Below are positions 8,855 to 17,491 of a stretch of 33,767 bases of DNA, piece after piece. Source of the stretch: a virus (taxonomy: Duplodnaviria; Caudoviricetes). Within the stretch, counting starts at the first letter, position 1; every line of letters begins with the position of its first letter. The stretch covers positions 1 to 33,767 of IMG/VR virus record IMGVR_UViG_3300017766_001539. One strand, 5' to 3'. Below the pieces are notes generated by a model. The model was not told the DNA's origin. It saw only the letters and a list, made by a program, of their open reading frames with translations, and did not search any database. A program made the translations under genes and the position numbers.

Positions 8855-9185
8855 AAAACACTTTGCCAATGTTACTTATGGTAAAGTGTACGACGTTGTA
8901 AAACAAGATAAGAACTACACGTGGATAGTTAACGACAAAGGACATGAGCAATCATTTGACAATATCGAATCATACTTTGAAGTAGTGACCGATAACGCAC
9001 CTTCGCATTACAACAATGAAAAAGGCTCGCTTTACAAATTTGCAGAAGACCATGGACTAAATGCATACGAATTTGATTTAGTAAAACGCCTGGTAAGATG
9101 CAGAAAGAAAGGTAACTTTGTTCAAGACCTTGAGAAAACAAAATTTTTAATTGATTTATATTTGAAAGAATGGAAAGAGAAATAA
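8823..9185 (+). CDS. DUF3310-like protein with extra N-terminal beta domain
   Basis: NAPSHY...VKRLVRCRKKG...QDLEKTKFLID. Confidence 0.75.
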   Translation: MHTGTKLRCIEKHFANVTYGKVYDVVKQDKNYTWIVNDKGHEQSFDNIESYFEVVTDNAPSHYNNEKGSLYKFAEDHGLNAYEFDLVKRLVRCRKKGNFVQDLEKTKFLIDLYLKEWKEK

Positions 9186-9454
9186 TCAACTGGGCGAAGG
9201 CTCGTAACTTAGACAACCCCGATAATAAGTTCCAACAACTTGCAAAGGTTATGGAGGAGTTAGGTGAATTATCTTCAGCAATACTAAAAAAAGATATAAC
9301 CGAGTCAATAGATGCCCTTGGAGATACTTATGTAACACTTGTTATATTAGCACATCAAATGGGTTATTCATTAGAAGATTGCGCTAAAAGAGCTTTTAAA
9401 GTGATTGAATATCGAACGGGTAGGACGGAATCAGGAACATTTATCAAAGACTAA
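9170..9454 (+). CDS. MazG-like nucleotide pyrophosphohydrolase
   Basis: WAKARNL, QLAKVMEELGEL, DALGD, R.G....GTFIK. Confidence 0.9.
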   Translation: MEREIINWAKARNLDNPDNKFQQLAKVMEELGELSSAILKKDITESIDALGDTYVTLVILAHQMGYSLEDCAKRAFKVIEYRTGRTESGTFIKD

Positions 9455-9460
9455 CTTAAT

Positions 9461-9493
9461 ACCCTTGCATCTAATTGGTGTAAGGGTTTTTTT
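9461..9493 (+). terminator. Intrinsic terminator directly upstream of the sigma gene
   Basis: acccttgcatc-taatt-ggtgtaagggt followed by a T run. Confidence 0.8.
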
Positions 9494-9496
9494 ATT

Positions 9497-9979
9497 ATGA
9501 ATCTAACAGAAATAGCACAGCACCACGATGAATGGGTGCGAATAGTTAAGCGGTTCGGAGCAAAGACCGAAGCGGAAGACATTGTACAAGACATGTACAT
9601 TCGTTTTCATAAGTACGGCAAAGGGCAGGTGATCACCAAATCATTCATTTGGATAATGCTGCGTAACATATTCTTTGACTACTGCAAGCGTGAAATATCA
9701 ATGGTTGACATCGACCTTATGGTTGACCTCTCCGAAGACGAAAACAACAAAACATACGAAATAGAGTTATATTATCAAAGCGTCGAAGAACAAATAAAAA
9801 CATGGGAGTGGTTCGACCAACAATTATTTTTATTATATTTGCGTAGCGGTAAAAGTATGCGTGAACTTGAGAAGGAAACTAAAATTAGTTTGACCTCTAT
9901 TTTTCACACAATAAAAAAATGTAAAAGAAAACTTAAAATATGGCAAAAAGAGTATCAAAGGGATTTGGCGATACAGTAG
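9497..9979 (+). CDS. ECF-like (sigma-70 family) RNA polymerase sigma factor
   Basis: Region 2 AEDIVQDMYIRF...FIWIMLRNIFFD; region 4 HTH KSMRELEKETKISLTSIFHTIKKCKRKLK. Confidence 0.85.
   Translation: MNLTEIAQHHDEWVRIVKRFGAKTEAEDIVQDMYIRFHKYGKGQVITKSFIWIMLRNIFFDYCKREISMVDIDLMVDLSEDENNKTYEIELYYQSVEEQIKTWEWFDQQLFLLYLRSGKSMRELEKETKISLTSIFHTIKKCKRKLKIWQKEYQRDLAIQ
9744..9770 (+). promoter_or_regulatory. Putative phage late promoter RCAACA-N15-AGTTA (inside sigma gene)
   Basis: CAACA 9745-9749, AGTTA 9765-9769. Confidence 0.65.
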
Positions 9980-10317
9980 CTAAATTTACAGAAGCAACAG
10001 GAATAGATAAGCTTGTTAACTTCATTGCAGGAGAGGATTGTGGCTGTAAAGAACGTAAAGAGAAACTAAATAAAATGTTCCCTTACAAAACACCTGAATG
10101 TCTTACAGAAGTAGAGCACGATCAACTTACTTTCTTACTTCCTAAAATGACGGTAAGAGTTAGACCTTCAGAACAATTACAATTCTTAAAGGTTTACAAT
10201 AGGGTATTTAAAACCAATGAGCAACCTACTTCATGTGCGTCTTGTTTGAACGATATGCTTCGTAAAATGAAACAAGTATACAATGCTTATGAAAATGAGG
10301 GAGCGTATTTAGGATGA
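9940..10317 (+). CDS. Cys-rich hypothetical protein, probably metal-binding
   Basis: KGFGDTVAKFTEATGI, DCGC..R...LN, SCASC. Confidence 0.8.
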   Translation: MAKRVSKGFGDTVAKFTEATGIDKLVNFIAGEDCGCKERKEKLNKMFPYKTPECLTEVEHDQLTFLLPKMTVRVRPSEQLQFLKVYNRVFKTNEQPTSCASCLNDMLRKMKQVYNAYENEGAYLG

Positions 10318-10402
10318 TAATAATATTAATTATTGTTTCAATTTTATCGATTTACAGGTTAATAAGAGACGAGATAATTTAATTAATTAATTTTTATTAA
10401 TA

Positions 10403-10702
10403 GTGGATAAAAGGAAAAACAACGGTGGACATTCAACAGCAGGTAAGGCAGGAAGAAAGCCTTTGTCCGACGAAGTTAAAGGTTTTACTTTAGCACAACC
10501 ACATGTAGAAGATGCTTTTAGAGTATTAGCCGAGATAATGATTGATGAGGCTAAAAGACCATCAGATAGGATAGCAAGCGCAAAGATTCTAATTGAATAT
10601 GGTTGTGGTAAACCTAAAGAACATGTAGAACAAGATATTAACGTTACTACAATGAATCTAAAAGATATTATAAGTTTTGGTAGTACTGAATCCGAAATAT
10701 AA
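10403..10702 (+). CDS. terS: Terminase small subunit (putative)
   Basis: DKRKNNGG..AGRKP N-terminus, helical core; overlaps terminase large subunit; GTG start. Confidence 0.75.
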   Translation: MDKRKNNGGHSTAGKAGRKPLSDEVKGFTLAQPHVEDAFRVLAEIMIDEAKRPSDRIASAKILIEYGCGKPKEHVEQDINVTTMNLKDIISFGSTESEI

Positions 10703-11882
10703 AGCCTTTGCAAACGATAGTAGATATTTCATTATTACAGGTGGTAGGGGTAGTGGTAAGTCATATTCTATTAATTTACTATTACTACTCCTTACATACG
10801 AAACCAACCATGTTATCTTATTTACAAGGTACACTCTTACTTCTGCTCACGTCTCTATTATACCTGAATTTATTGATAAGATTGATATATTAGATAAACA
10901 TAAAGATTTTCATATTACCAAAGATGAAATAATCAATCTAAGGACGGGAAGTAAGATATTATTCAAAGGAATTAAAACATCGAGCGGAACACAAACAGCT
11001 AACTTAAAATCTTTGGCTGGTGTTACTACATGGGTTCTTGATGAAGCGGAAGAGTTGACCGATGAAGATACATTCGATAAGATTGATTACTCTATAAGAC
11101 ATAAAGAGAAACAAAACAGGGTAATACTTATACTTAACCCTGCCACGAAAGAGCATTTCATTTATCAGAAGTTCTTTGAGAGTAGAGGTGTTGAGGCTGG
11201 AGTCAATACAATTAAAGGCGATACAACTTATATTCACACAACCTACCAAGATAATATATCAAACCTTTCAGAAAGCTTCTTAAATCAAATAAAAACGATA
11301 AAAGAACGACGTCCCGATAAGTATAAACATACTATACTTGGTGGATGGTTAGACAAAGCTGAAGGTGTTATCTTTACCAATTGGAGGATTGGACCATATA
11401 ACAAAGATAATGGTAGTGTATTCGGTCAAGATTACGGGTTTAGTACAGACCCATCAACATTGGTAGAAACGTCGATTGATAAGACAAACAAAATAATTTA
11501 TGTTAGACTTCATATTTATCAAACAGGGTTGACTACATCGCAATTAGCACAACTAAATAGGCAATTTGCAGGTCGTGACTTAATAGTTGCGGATAATGCA
11601 GAACCACGTTTGATCAACGAATTAAAGGCGCAAGGTTTAAATATTGTACCAACAATCAAAGGAGCTGACTCAGTAAAATATGGGATAAGTTTATTACAAG
11701 ACTATGACTTAATTATTGACGATAATTCCGTAGATTTGATAAAAGAATTAAATAACTATTGCTGGTTAGAAAAGAAGTCAGAAACTCCGATTGATAAGTT
11801 CAATCATGGATTAGATGCTTTACGCTATGCAGTTAGTTATCAGTTAGCAAACCCAAACAAAGGAAAATATGGAATCAGGTAA
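10677..11882 (+). CDS. terL: Terminase large subunit, PBSX-like
   Basis: GGRGSGKS, LDEAEE, LNP, nuclease motifs GQDYG, ADNAEP, NHGLDALRY. Confidence 0.96.
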   Translation: MVVLNPKYKAFANDSRYFIITGGRGSGKSYSINLLLLLLTYETNHVILFTRYTLTSAHVSIIPEFIDKIDILDKHKDFHITKDEIINLRTGSKILFKGIKTSSGTQTANLKSLAGVTTWVLDEAEELTDEDTFDKIDYSIRHKEKQNRVILILNPATKEHFIYQKFFESRGVEAGVNTIKGDTTYIHTTYQDNISNLSESFLNQIKTIKERRPDKYKHTILGGWLDKAEGVIFTNWRIGPYNKDNGSVFGQDYGFSTDPSTLVETSIDKTNKIIYVRLHIYQTGLTTSQLAQLNRQFAGRDLIVADNAEPRLINELKAQGLNIVPTIKGADSVKYGISLLQDYDLIIDDNSVDLIKELNNYCWLEKKSETPIDKFNHGLDALRYAVSYQLANPNKGKYGIR

Positions 11883-12060
11883 ATCACTAAGGCAAATGAT
11901 TAACGAAAGCGCGGTAAAGGTTGCCGATGCTTTTAAAGAAGAACATGGGGACGAATGGAAGTTTTTATGTATAAACTCAATCGACAACGAGGTAGCGAAA
12001 GCAGAAGCAACGTTGAAGTATTGGAAGGGTGTTAAATCGAAAGTAATGCAAGTAAGATGA
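11869..12060 (+). CDS. Hypothetical protein
   Basis: 63 aa ORF overlapping the terL end. Confidence 0.6.
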   Translation: MESGKSLRQMINESAVKVADAFKEEHGDEWKFLCINSIDNEVAKAEATLKYWKGVKSKVMQVR

Positions 12061-12179
12061 GTTGTGGATTGACACCAGGTTTATATAGAGATTGCTACGG
12101 CTATCAAAATATAAATGATTTTATAATACATGAAGTATTGTATAAAATAAGAAATTACAATAGTATACTATGCAAGTAG
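12057..12179 (+). CDS. Small hypothetical protein (40 aa)
   Basis: MSCGLTPGLYRDCYGYQ...ILCK*; ATGA overlap, fills gap. Confidence 0.45.
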   Translation: MSCGLTPGLYRDCYGYQNINDFIIHEVLYKIRNYNSILCK

Positions 12180-12361
12180 ACATAAAGCTTGATGAATATG
12201 GGTATAGATGCCCTGAAGGTTGCTGCTATAACTACGGGATGAGAACAACGGTTAACGGTGAGGAACTTGCATTCAGGAATACGGACACTGAAACAATCGT
12301 TAAGGGTATTCTTGAAAAGTTAGGTTATAATGTTACAATAGAGAGTACTTATGAAGATTGA
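12170..12361 (+). CDS. Hypothetical protein
   Basis: 63 aa with YRCPEGCC motif. Confidence 0.65.
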   Translation: MQVDIKLDEYGYRCPEGCCYNYGMRTTVNGEELAFRNTDTETIVKGILEKLGYNVTIESTYED

Positions 12362-13028
12362 AATTGAAATCCCTTCCAACCTATCCGAAATATCTTTAGA
12401 TAGGTATCAAAAGTACATGCTTACTCTTAATAATTCCGACGACAAAGAGTTTGTATTTCAGAAAATGATTGAAATCTTTTGCGGTCTTGAATTGAAGGAA
12501 GTTGTTAAGATGAAAGCGTCAACCGTTATCGAATTGGTGCAACATTTCAATAAAATATTCAACGAAAAAACAGCGTTCAAACATAGATTTAAATTGAATG
12601 GTGTGGAGTTTGGTTTTATTCCTGACTTAGAAGAAATATCATGGGGGGAGTACATCGACATTGAAGCTAACATTGGGGATTTTCAAAACATACACAAAGC
12701 GTTGGCGGTAATGTATAGACCGATTGTAAAAGACGTTAAGGGCAAATATGAAATAGAACCTTACAAGGGAGATTTAAGTTATTCAGAGGTGTTAAGATAC
12801 GCACCGTTGGACGTTGTACTACCTGCTTCGGTTTTTTTTTGGACTTTAGGAATCGCGTTAATAAGCAGTACGCTATCCTCTTTGGAGCAGATGAAGAACA
12901 AAACCCGTATTCAGAAAATGTTCAATTCTCAAAACAATGGGGATGGTATAGCTCAATCTATCACGTCGCTCAAGGAGATATTAGAAGATTTGACGAAGTT
13001 ACAGCGTTGGGACTTCATCAGTGCTTAA
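12351..13028 (+). CDS. Putative tail assembly chaperone (unshifted product)
   Basis: FGFIPDLEEISWGEYID, AVMYRP; contains T9 slippery tract at 12832-12840. Confidence 0.7.
   Translation: MKIEIEIPSNLSEISLDRYQKYMLTLNNSDDKEFVFQKMIEIFCGLELKEVVKMKASTVIELVQHFNKIFNEKTAFKHRFKLNGVEFGFIPDLEEISWGEYIDIEANIGDFQNIHKALAVMYRPIVKDVKGKYEIEPYKGDLSYSEVLRYAPLDVVLPASVFFWTLGIALISSTLSSLEQMKNKTRIQKMFNSQNNGDGIAQSITSLKEILEDLTKLQRWDFISA
12831..12841 (+). other. Putative programmed -1 frameshift site (GTT TTT TTT TGG)
   Basis: T TTT TTT heptamer in the correct phase; -1 frame is open from here to 13105. Confidence 0.75.
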
Positions 13029-13105
13029 CATTTTTAACCTTCGAACAACAAAAAAGTAGAATTGAAGTTAATCAATTAAAGAAGTCCCATGAAAAACTAC
13101 TATAA
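12839..13105 (+). CDS. -1 frame extension of the chaperone (alternative C-terminus, 88 aa)
   Basis: LDFRNRV...QFSKQWGWYSSIYHVAQGDIRRFDEVT...; starts exactly at the T tract with only a TTG. Confidence 0.7.
   Translation: MDFRNRVNKQYAILFGADEEQNPYSENVQFSKQWGWYSSIYHVAQGDIRRFDEVTALGLHQCLTFLTFEQQKSRIEVNQLKKSHEKLL
13045..13071 (+). promoter_or_regulatory. Putative phage late promoter RCAACA-N15-AGTTA
   Basis: CAACA 13046-13050, AGTTA 13066-13070; ATG at 13089. Confidence 0.7.
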
Positions 13106-13547
13106 TTTATCAACTTTATTACATGATAGTATACTTGCTGACCCATTAGTTAACCGAGTTACTAAGGGAAGCTTGGATAAGATTACGAATGCTAAACAGG
13201 ATATGTACCCATTGTGCCACATTATATTCAATGATGTAGCATTTAGAGGTAATACAACGGTTTATAACATATCTTTAGTTATGATGTCGATAGTTGATAT
13301 AAGTAAAGACGACGTAACGGATATATTCAAGGGTAACGACAATGAGGACGACGTGTTAAATACAACGTTAAGTATACTTAATAGAATCTTTGAGAGGGTA
13401 AGGCGTGGGGACATTAGTGATTTAGGTTACGAAGTGTTGGACGACACGGCAAGTTGTGAGCCTTTTGTTGATCGATTTACAGATGCGGTTGCAGGTTGGA
13501 CAATGACCTTTGATGTGTTAGCACCTAATGAAATGACTATATGTTAG
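13089..13547 (+). CDS. Putative tail completion/terminator protein
   Basis: 152 aa, acidic, YPLCHI and CEPFVDRF...AGW; structural context. Confidence 0.65.
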   Translation: MKNYYNLSTLLHDSILADPLVNRVTKGSLDKITNAKQDMYPLCHIIFNDVAFRGNTTVYNISLVMMSIVDISKDDVTDIFKGNDNEDDVLNTTLSILNRIFERVRRGDISDLGYEVLDDTASCEPFVDRFTDAVAGWTMTFDVLAPNEMTIC

Positions 13548-14119
13548 CAGATTTAAGGGAGTCGGGGTTACAGGATGCGTTGGATAAGTTCAAAGCGTCG
13601 GTAATTAAACAAGCCCGTACTAATCTAACGAAAGGTCGTGCGCCTTTTGGCTCGCATAACAACACACGAAAGCTTTACAACTCTTTAAAAGGACAAGCGA
13701 AGGTTTACGCTAAGGGTTACTCACTCAGCTTTGAGATGGAAGAGTATGGTTTTTACCAAGACAAAGGGGTAAGGGGTAAACGTTCTAATTCACGTGCGCC
13801 AAAATCACCATATAAGTTCGGTAGTGGAACGGGAGCAAAGGGAGGATTAACGGAAGGAATACAAAGATGGGTTAAGGCTCGAAAGTTTCAGTTCAGACAA
13901 CTTGACCCAGAAACAAAGAAGTCAACAGGTAAATTTTTATCGTACGATGCGACAGCATGGATTATAACAAAGTCTATTTACGCTAAAGGGTTAAGACCTA
14001 CTTTGTTTTTTATCAAACCATTTGAGGCAGCTTACAAACGACTCCCTCAAGAATTAGTAAATGATTTAAGAATAGATTTAGAAAAGATATTTAATTATTC
14101 AATTAAACAGCCAAAATGA
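13541..14119 (+). CDS. Putative neck/tail completion protein (HK97 gp10-like)
   Basis: Basic protein; T.KLYNSL, YGFYQDKG, GLRPTLFF.KPF. Confidence 0.65.
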   Translation: MLADLRESGLQDALDKFKASVIKQARTNLTKGRAPFGSHNNTRKLYNSLKGQAKVYAKGYSLSFEMEEYGFYQDKGVRGKRSNSRAPKSPYKFGSGTGAKGGLTEGIQRWVKARKFQFRQLDPETKKSTGKFLSYDATAWIITKSIYAKGLRPTLFFIKPFEAAYKRLPQELVNDLRIDLEKIFNYSIKQPK

Positions 14120-15135
14120 TAAGAGCAAGGTCACCGTATATTATTACTATCAACGAAGCGAGTCAAGTTAGTACACGAATAGAGTTGTTTATCAGTGCTA
14201 CGACGTTTAGTGCTACACCGCAATATAACTTAAGTAAGGCTATTCCTGCATCGAATGCACCGACAACTTACTATGATATTTCACCGTATATTCGTGAATA
14301 CTTTGACCACAATTACTACTCAAATATCACATCTTTAACATCTACATACCTTAGTGTTCAAAAGCTAAATGTAAGAGTAAAGAGATATAAGACCGTAGGA
14401 GCTACTGAGTCATTAATTGATACAATAGACGAAATTGCAACGGATGGTTATTCAGAGTTTTCAAATGGCACTAACTATAATGGAGGCGATTACTTATTAG
14501 ATGAAAAAACATACTACTATCATAGTGGTTCGAACCCAGGTTTTATATTAGCACGTGTTCAAACTGGCGATAAAGTAAGATGGACTGACCCTGAAGGGGT
14601 GACTTATTTAAGTGCGTCGCTAACTCAAGGGTTCTATTATTTTCCCCGTGCGTATAATAGTAGGTTTACGGAGCAATGGTTGACACAAATAATTGATTCG
14701 GGCAGTTCAGTTCAAGCATCATGGACATTTAAACCAATTGAAGAGTGTTTGTATACGCCAGTTAAGGTTGACTTCATAAATAAATATGGTGCGTTCCAAC
14801 GTGAATTCTTTTTCAAAGCTTCGAGCGATAATATCGAGGTGACAAATAAAGATTATAACTTAATGCAACCATATGATTATAGTTTGACAGGCGGTCAAAG
14901 AACGACGTACAACCAAAACGGAATGCAAAGTATTAAGGTCAATTCAGGATGGGTAGAGGAGGACTTTAAAGACAACTTAAAGCAATTAATGTTAAGCGAA
15001 AAAGTGTTAGTAGATGAAAAACCTGCAATACTTAAAACAAAGTCGATTGAACTAAACAAGTCGATAAACACGAAGCAAATCAATTATAGTTTGGAGTTTG
15101 AATTTGCGTATGATTTAATTAATAGTATTGTATAG
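14116..15135 (+). CDS. Virion structural protein (distal tail-like)
   Basis: ARSPY N-terminus, FINKYGA, VNSGW, QLMLSE; precedes large tail gene. Confidence 0.65.
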   Translation: MIRARSPYIITINEASQVSTRIELFISATTFSATPQYNLSKAIPASNAPTTYYDISPYIREYFDHNYYSNITSLTSTYLSVQKLNVRVKRYKTVGATESLIDTIDEIATDGYSEFSNGTNYNGGDYLLDEKTYYYHSGSNPGFILARVQTGDKVRWTDPEGVTYLSASLTQGFYYFPRAYNSRFTEQWLTQIIDSGSSVQASWTFKPIEECLYTPVKVDFINKYGAFQREFFFKASSDNIEVTNKDYNLMQPYDYSLTGGQRTTYNQNGMQSIKVNSGWVEEDFKDNLKQLMLSEKVLVDEKPAILKTKSIELNKSINTKQINYSLEFEFAYDLINSIV

Positions 15136-17325
15136 ATGAGAAAAGTAGACGTATATATAGAAGTAATTGCGGATTCAAATAACTATGAGAAGTTAGAGTT
15201 ATTTAACGATGAAGAAATTCAGATTAATAGTTCGATTCAAAACGTACAGGACCTTGCAAAGGTTTACACTGATTTTACTCAGTCGTTTACTATTCCTGCA
15301 TCACCACATAACAATAGGTTGTTTGAACATTTTTACCAAACCGACGTAAATGCAAACGACAACCCTAACATAAGACGTAACGCATTTATCGAGATAGGTA
15401 CTATTCCATTTAGGAGTGGGAAAATATCAATTGAAAGTTCAAACGTTGTTAAGGGACGTGTGGAAAGCTATTCAATAACTTTTTATGGGGATTTAACGAG
15501 CTTAAAGGATAAGTTTGGGGATGATAGCTTGAAAGATTTAGATTTGAGTAGTTATGGTATGACTTACAATGGAAGTGCAGTAAGGACAGAGCTTACAACA
15601 AACAATGTTTTTTCTCATATTAGATTTCCTTTGATTTCTGCTAATAGGCTATGGAGTTATGGAGATGGTTCAAATACGGATATTAGTAATAGCAGTTACC
15701 CGATTGTTTACAATGAGTTGTTTCCATCGTTGCGTGTAAAAAAGATATTTGAGACAATACAAACAAAATATAACGTATCATTTAACTCAAATTTTTTCAA
15801 TCAAAAATTATTTACTGAGTTGTTTTTATTGCTTAAAAATAGAAAATCATTTAGGGAAGTATTTTCTGTTGAATTAGATTTTATTAGCGGCACTATGGCA
15901 AGCAATACTGCTACTTATAGTTTAGCAAATAACACAATGGTAAAAGTTGCTGGTCAATTCACGATTAAGATAACTCATTCAACTGTTCAGCAATGTTTTT
16001 TAGATGTTTACTTAGACGGAAAACTTGTAAATACATTTACATTATATACAGCAATAGGTACGAGTGGCGTTCCTTATCAGTTTCCATTATCAAATAGTAC
16101 AGGGAACTACACATTTAGATTACGTTCAAATTCACCGCTAACAAGCGCAGCACCTTTAATTGTAGTTTTAGGAGGTGGTAATATTTCAACAAATACATAT
16201 ATCACATGTGCAAATGTTACAACTACAAATTTTTTAAATCCTACTGACCATGTACCTGACATTAAGATAGCTGATTTTTTAAGTGGAATATTTAAAATGT
16301 TCAATCTAACTTGTTACGCTACATCGGTTGGTAATTTTCAAGTTGAGCCATTGGATGATTGGTATTCAAAAGGTGCAGTTGTAGATATTACAGAATACGT
16401 TGACACGGACGAAATAACAATTGAACGCCACAAACTATACAAAGAGATTTCGTTTAATTATGAGAAGTCAGAAAGTTTTATCAATAAGGAATATGATTCA
16501 AGATTTTCACGTGAGTTTGGAAGTGTAAAAGAATCGTTTCCAAATTATGACGGTGAAGAATATAAAATTGAAGTTCCGTTTGAAAATATATCATTTACAA
16601 AAGAAGATGCAACAAACACTTCAGAACCTCCAAGAGCGTTCTTATTAGATAGTGTAAATTCTGTTGATAGTTATGACAACAAACCAATTTTACTTTATTA
16701 CAATGAAACTTCTGTTGCGACTTCTTTTTATTTTAATACAGGTGTTTCAACTGCAATAGTAAACACATATAAACCGTTAACTAATCAAATAACATATAAC
16801 AACGCATTATATTCAAATCATTTCTCAGTAGAAGGTAGTGCTTTTGATAGTACGTCAATTAACAACTCATTATATTTAAATTATTACAACAATTACTTAC
16901 AAAACCTATACAACCAAAAGAACAGACTAACAAACGTTAAGGCGTTGTTCCCTATTTCATTGCTTACAAGCTTAAAGCTAAATGATAGGTTAATTATTCG
17001 TGACAAACGTTATATTATTAACGAGATGAAAGTTAACCTAACAACAGGCGATGTAGATTTAGCATTGATAAATGATTTTAGAGCTATCGTTAATATTAAT
17101 TTACCTATTCAACCTGCTGCTGGTGGGATAGTGCAATATCCTTTGTTTTTTGAAAACGGAAAAGAATCTGCTAATATTTCAACAGTTATAGGAGGTGATT
17201 TTACAACGTATACACAAGAACAATTGCTGTCTTTTGAGGTTAACGAAAACACAACAGGTGACCCGTTAAGCTTTAATATTTATAGAGATGATGAACTTTA
17301 CTTAACAATTTATCAAGATGCTTAA
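15136..17325 (+). CDS. Tail tip/hub protein
   Basis: 729 aa; DFTQSFTIPAS..N and DFLSGIFKMFNL hub-like motifs, beta-rich insertion. Confidence 0.7.
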   Translation: MRKVDVYIEVIADSNNYEKLELFNDEEIQINSSIQNVQDLAKVYTDFTQSFTIPASPHNNRLFEHFYQTDVNANDNPNIRRNAFIEIGTIPFRSGKISIESSNVVKGRVESYSITFYGDLTSLKDKFGDDSLKDLDLSSYGMTYNGSAVRTELTTNNVFSHIRFPLISANRLWSYGDGSNTDISNSSYPIVYNELFPSLRVKKIFETIQTKYNVSFNSNFFNQKLFTELFLLLKNRKSFREVFSVELDFISGTMASNTATYSLANNTMVKVAGQFTIKITHSTVQQCFLDVYLDGKLVNTFTLYTAIGTSGVPYQFPLSNSTGNYTFRLRSNSPLTSAAPLIVVLGGGNISTNTYITCANVTTTNFLNPTDHVPDIKIADFLSGIFKMFNLTCYATSVGNFQVEPLDDWYSKGAVVDITEYVDTDEITIERHKLYKEISFNYEKSESFINKEYDSRFSREFGSVKESFPNYDGEEYKIEVPFENISFTKEDATNTSEPPRAFLLDSVNSVDSYDNKPILLYYNETSVATSFYFNTGVSTAIVNTYKPLTNQITYNNALYSNHFSVEGSAFDSTSINNSLYLNYYNNYLQNLYNQKNRLTNVKALFPISLLTSLKLNDRLIIRDKRYIINEMKVNLTTGDVDLALINDFRAIVNINLPIQPAAGGIVQYPLFFENGKESANISTVIGGDFTTYTQEQLLSFEVNENTTGDPLSFNIYRDDELYLTIYQDA

Positions 17326-17491
17326 TACAATTATACAACTATTGAAGTCAAACGACTTTTACGGTAAAAGCGAAATTATCGACATCGCTAAGGGCAAATA
17401 TAAACTTACTAATTCCGTGCGTGAAAGCTACAAACAAGCTAAAAGAGAGTTATTATTAAAACAAGCTGAAAGATGGCAGAAAAGAAAATAA
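17318..17491 (+). CDS. Small hypothetical protein (57 aa)
   Basis: MLNTIIQLLKSNDFYGKSEIIDIAKGKYKL...; bridges hub and tape measure with overlaps. Confidence 0.7.
   Translation: MLNTIIQLLKSNDFYGKSEIIDIAKGKYKLTNSVRESYKQAKRELLLKQAERWQKRK

Noticed and set aside
9834-9841. TATATTTG inside the sigma gene as a host promoter
   Set aside because: No -33 TTG at the expected distance, and such 8-mers are likely by chance in AT-rich DNA.
10314-10382. 22-aa hydrophobic micro-ORF MIIILIIVSILSIYRLIRDEII
   Set aside because: Has an ATGA overlap, but AT-rich DNA yields such peptides by chance; not listed as a feature.
10708-10893. Plus-strand 61-aa hydrophobic ORF inside terL
   Set aside because: Alternate-frame shadow of the conserved ATPase region with no independent support.
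12057-12095. MSCGLTPGLYRDC resembling the tail-tube N-terminus MACNLTIGRAEAC
   Set aside because: Similarity is too short and does not extend further.
17427-17453. CTACA-N15-AGTTA upstream of tape measure (and CAACA-N15-AGTGC at 29669-29693 upstream of the holin)
   Set aside because: Mismatched copies inside coding sequence; possible weak promoters but not counted.
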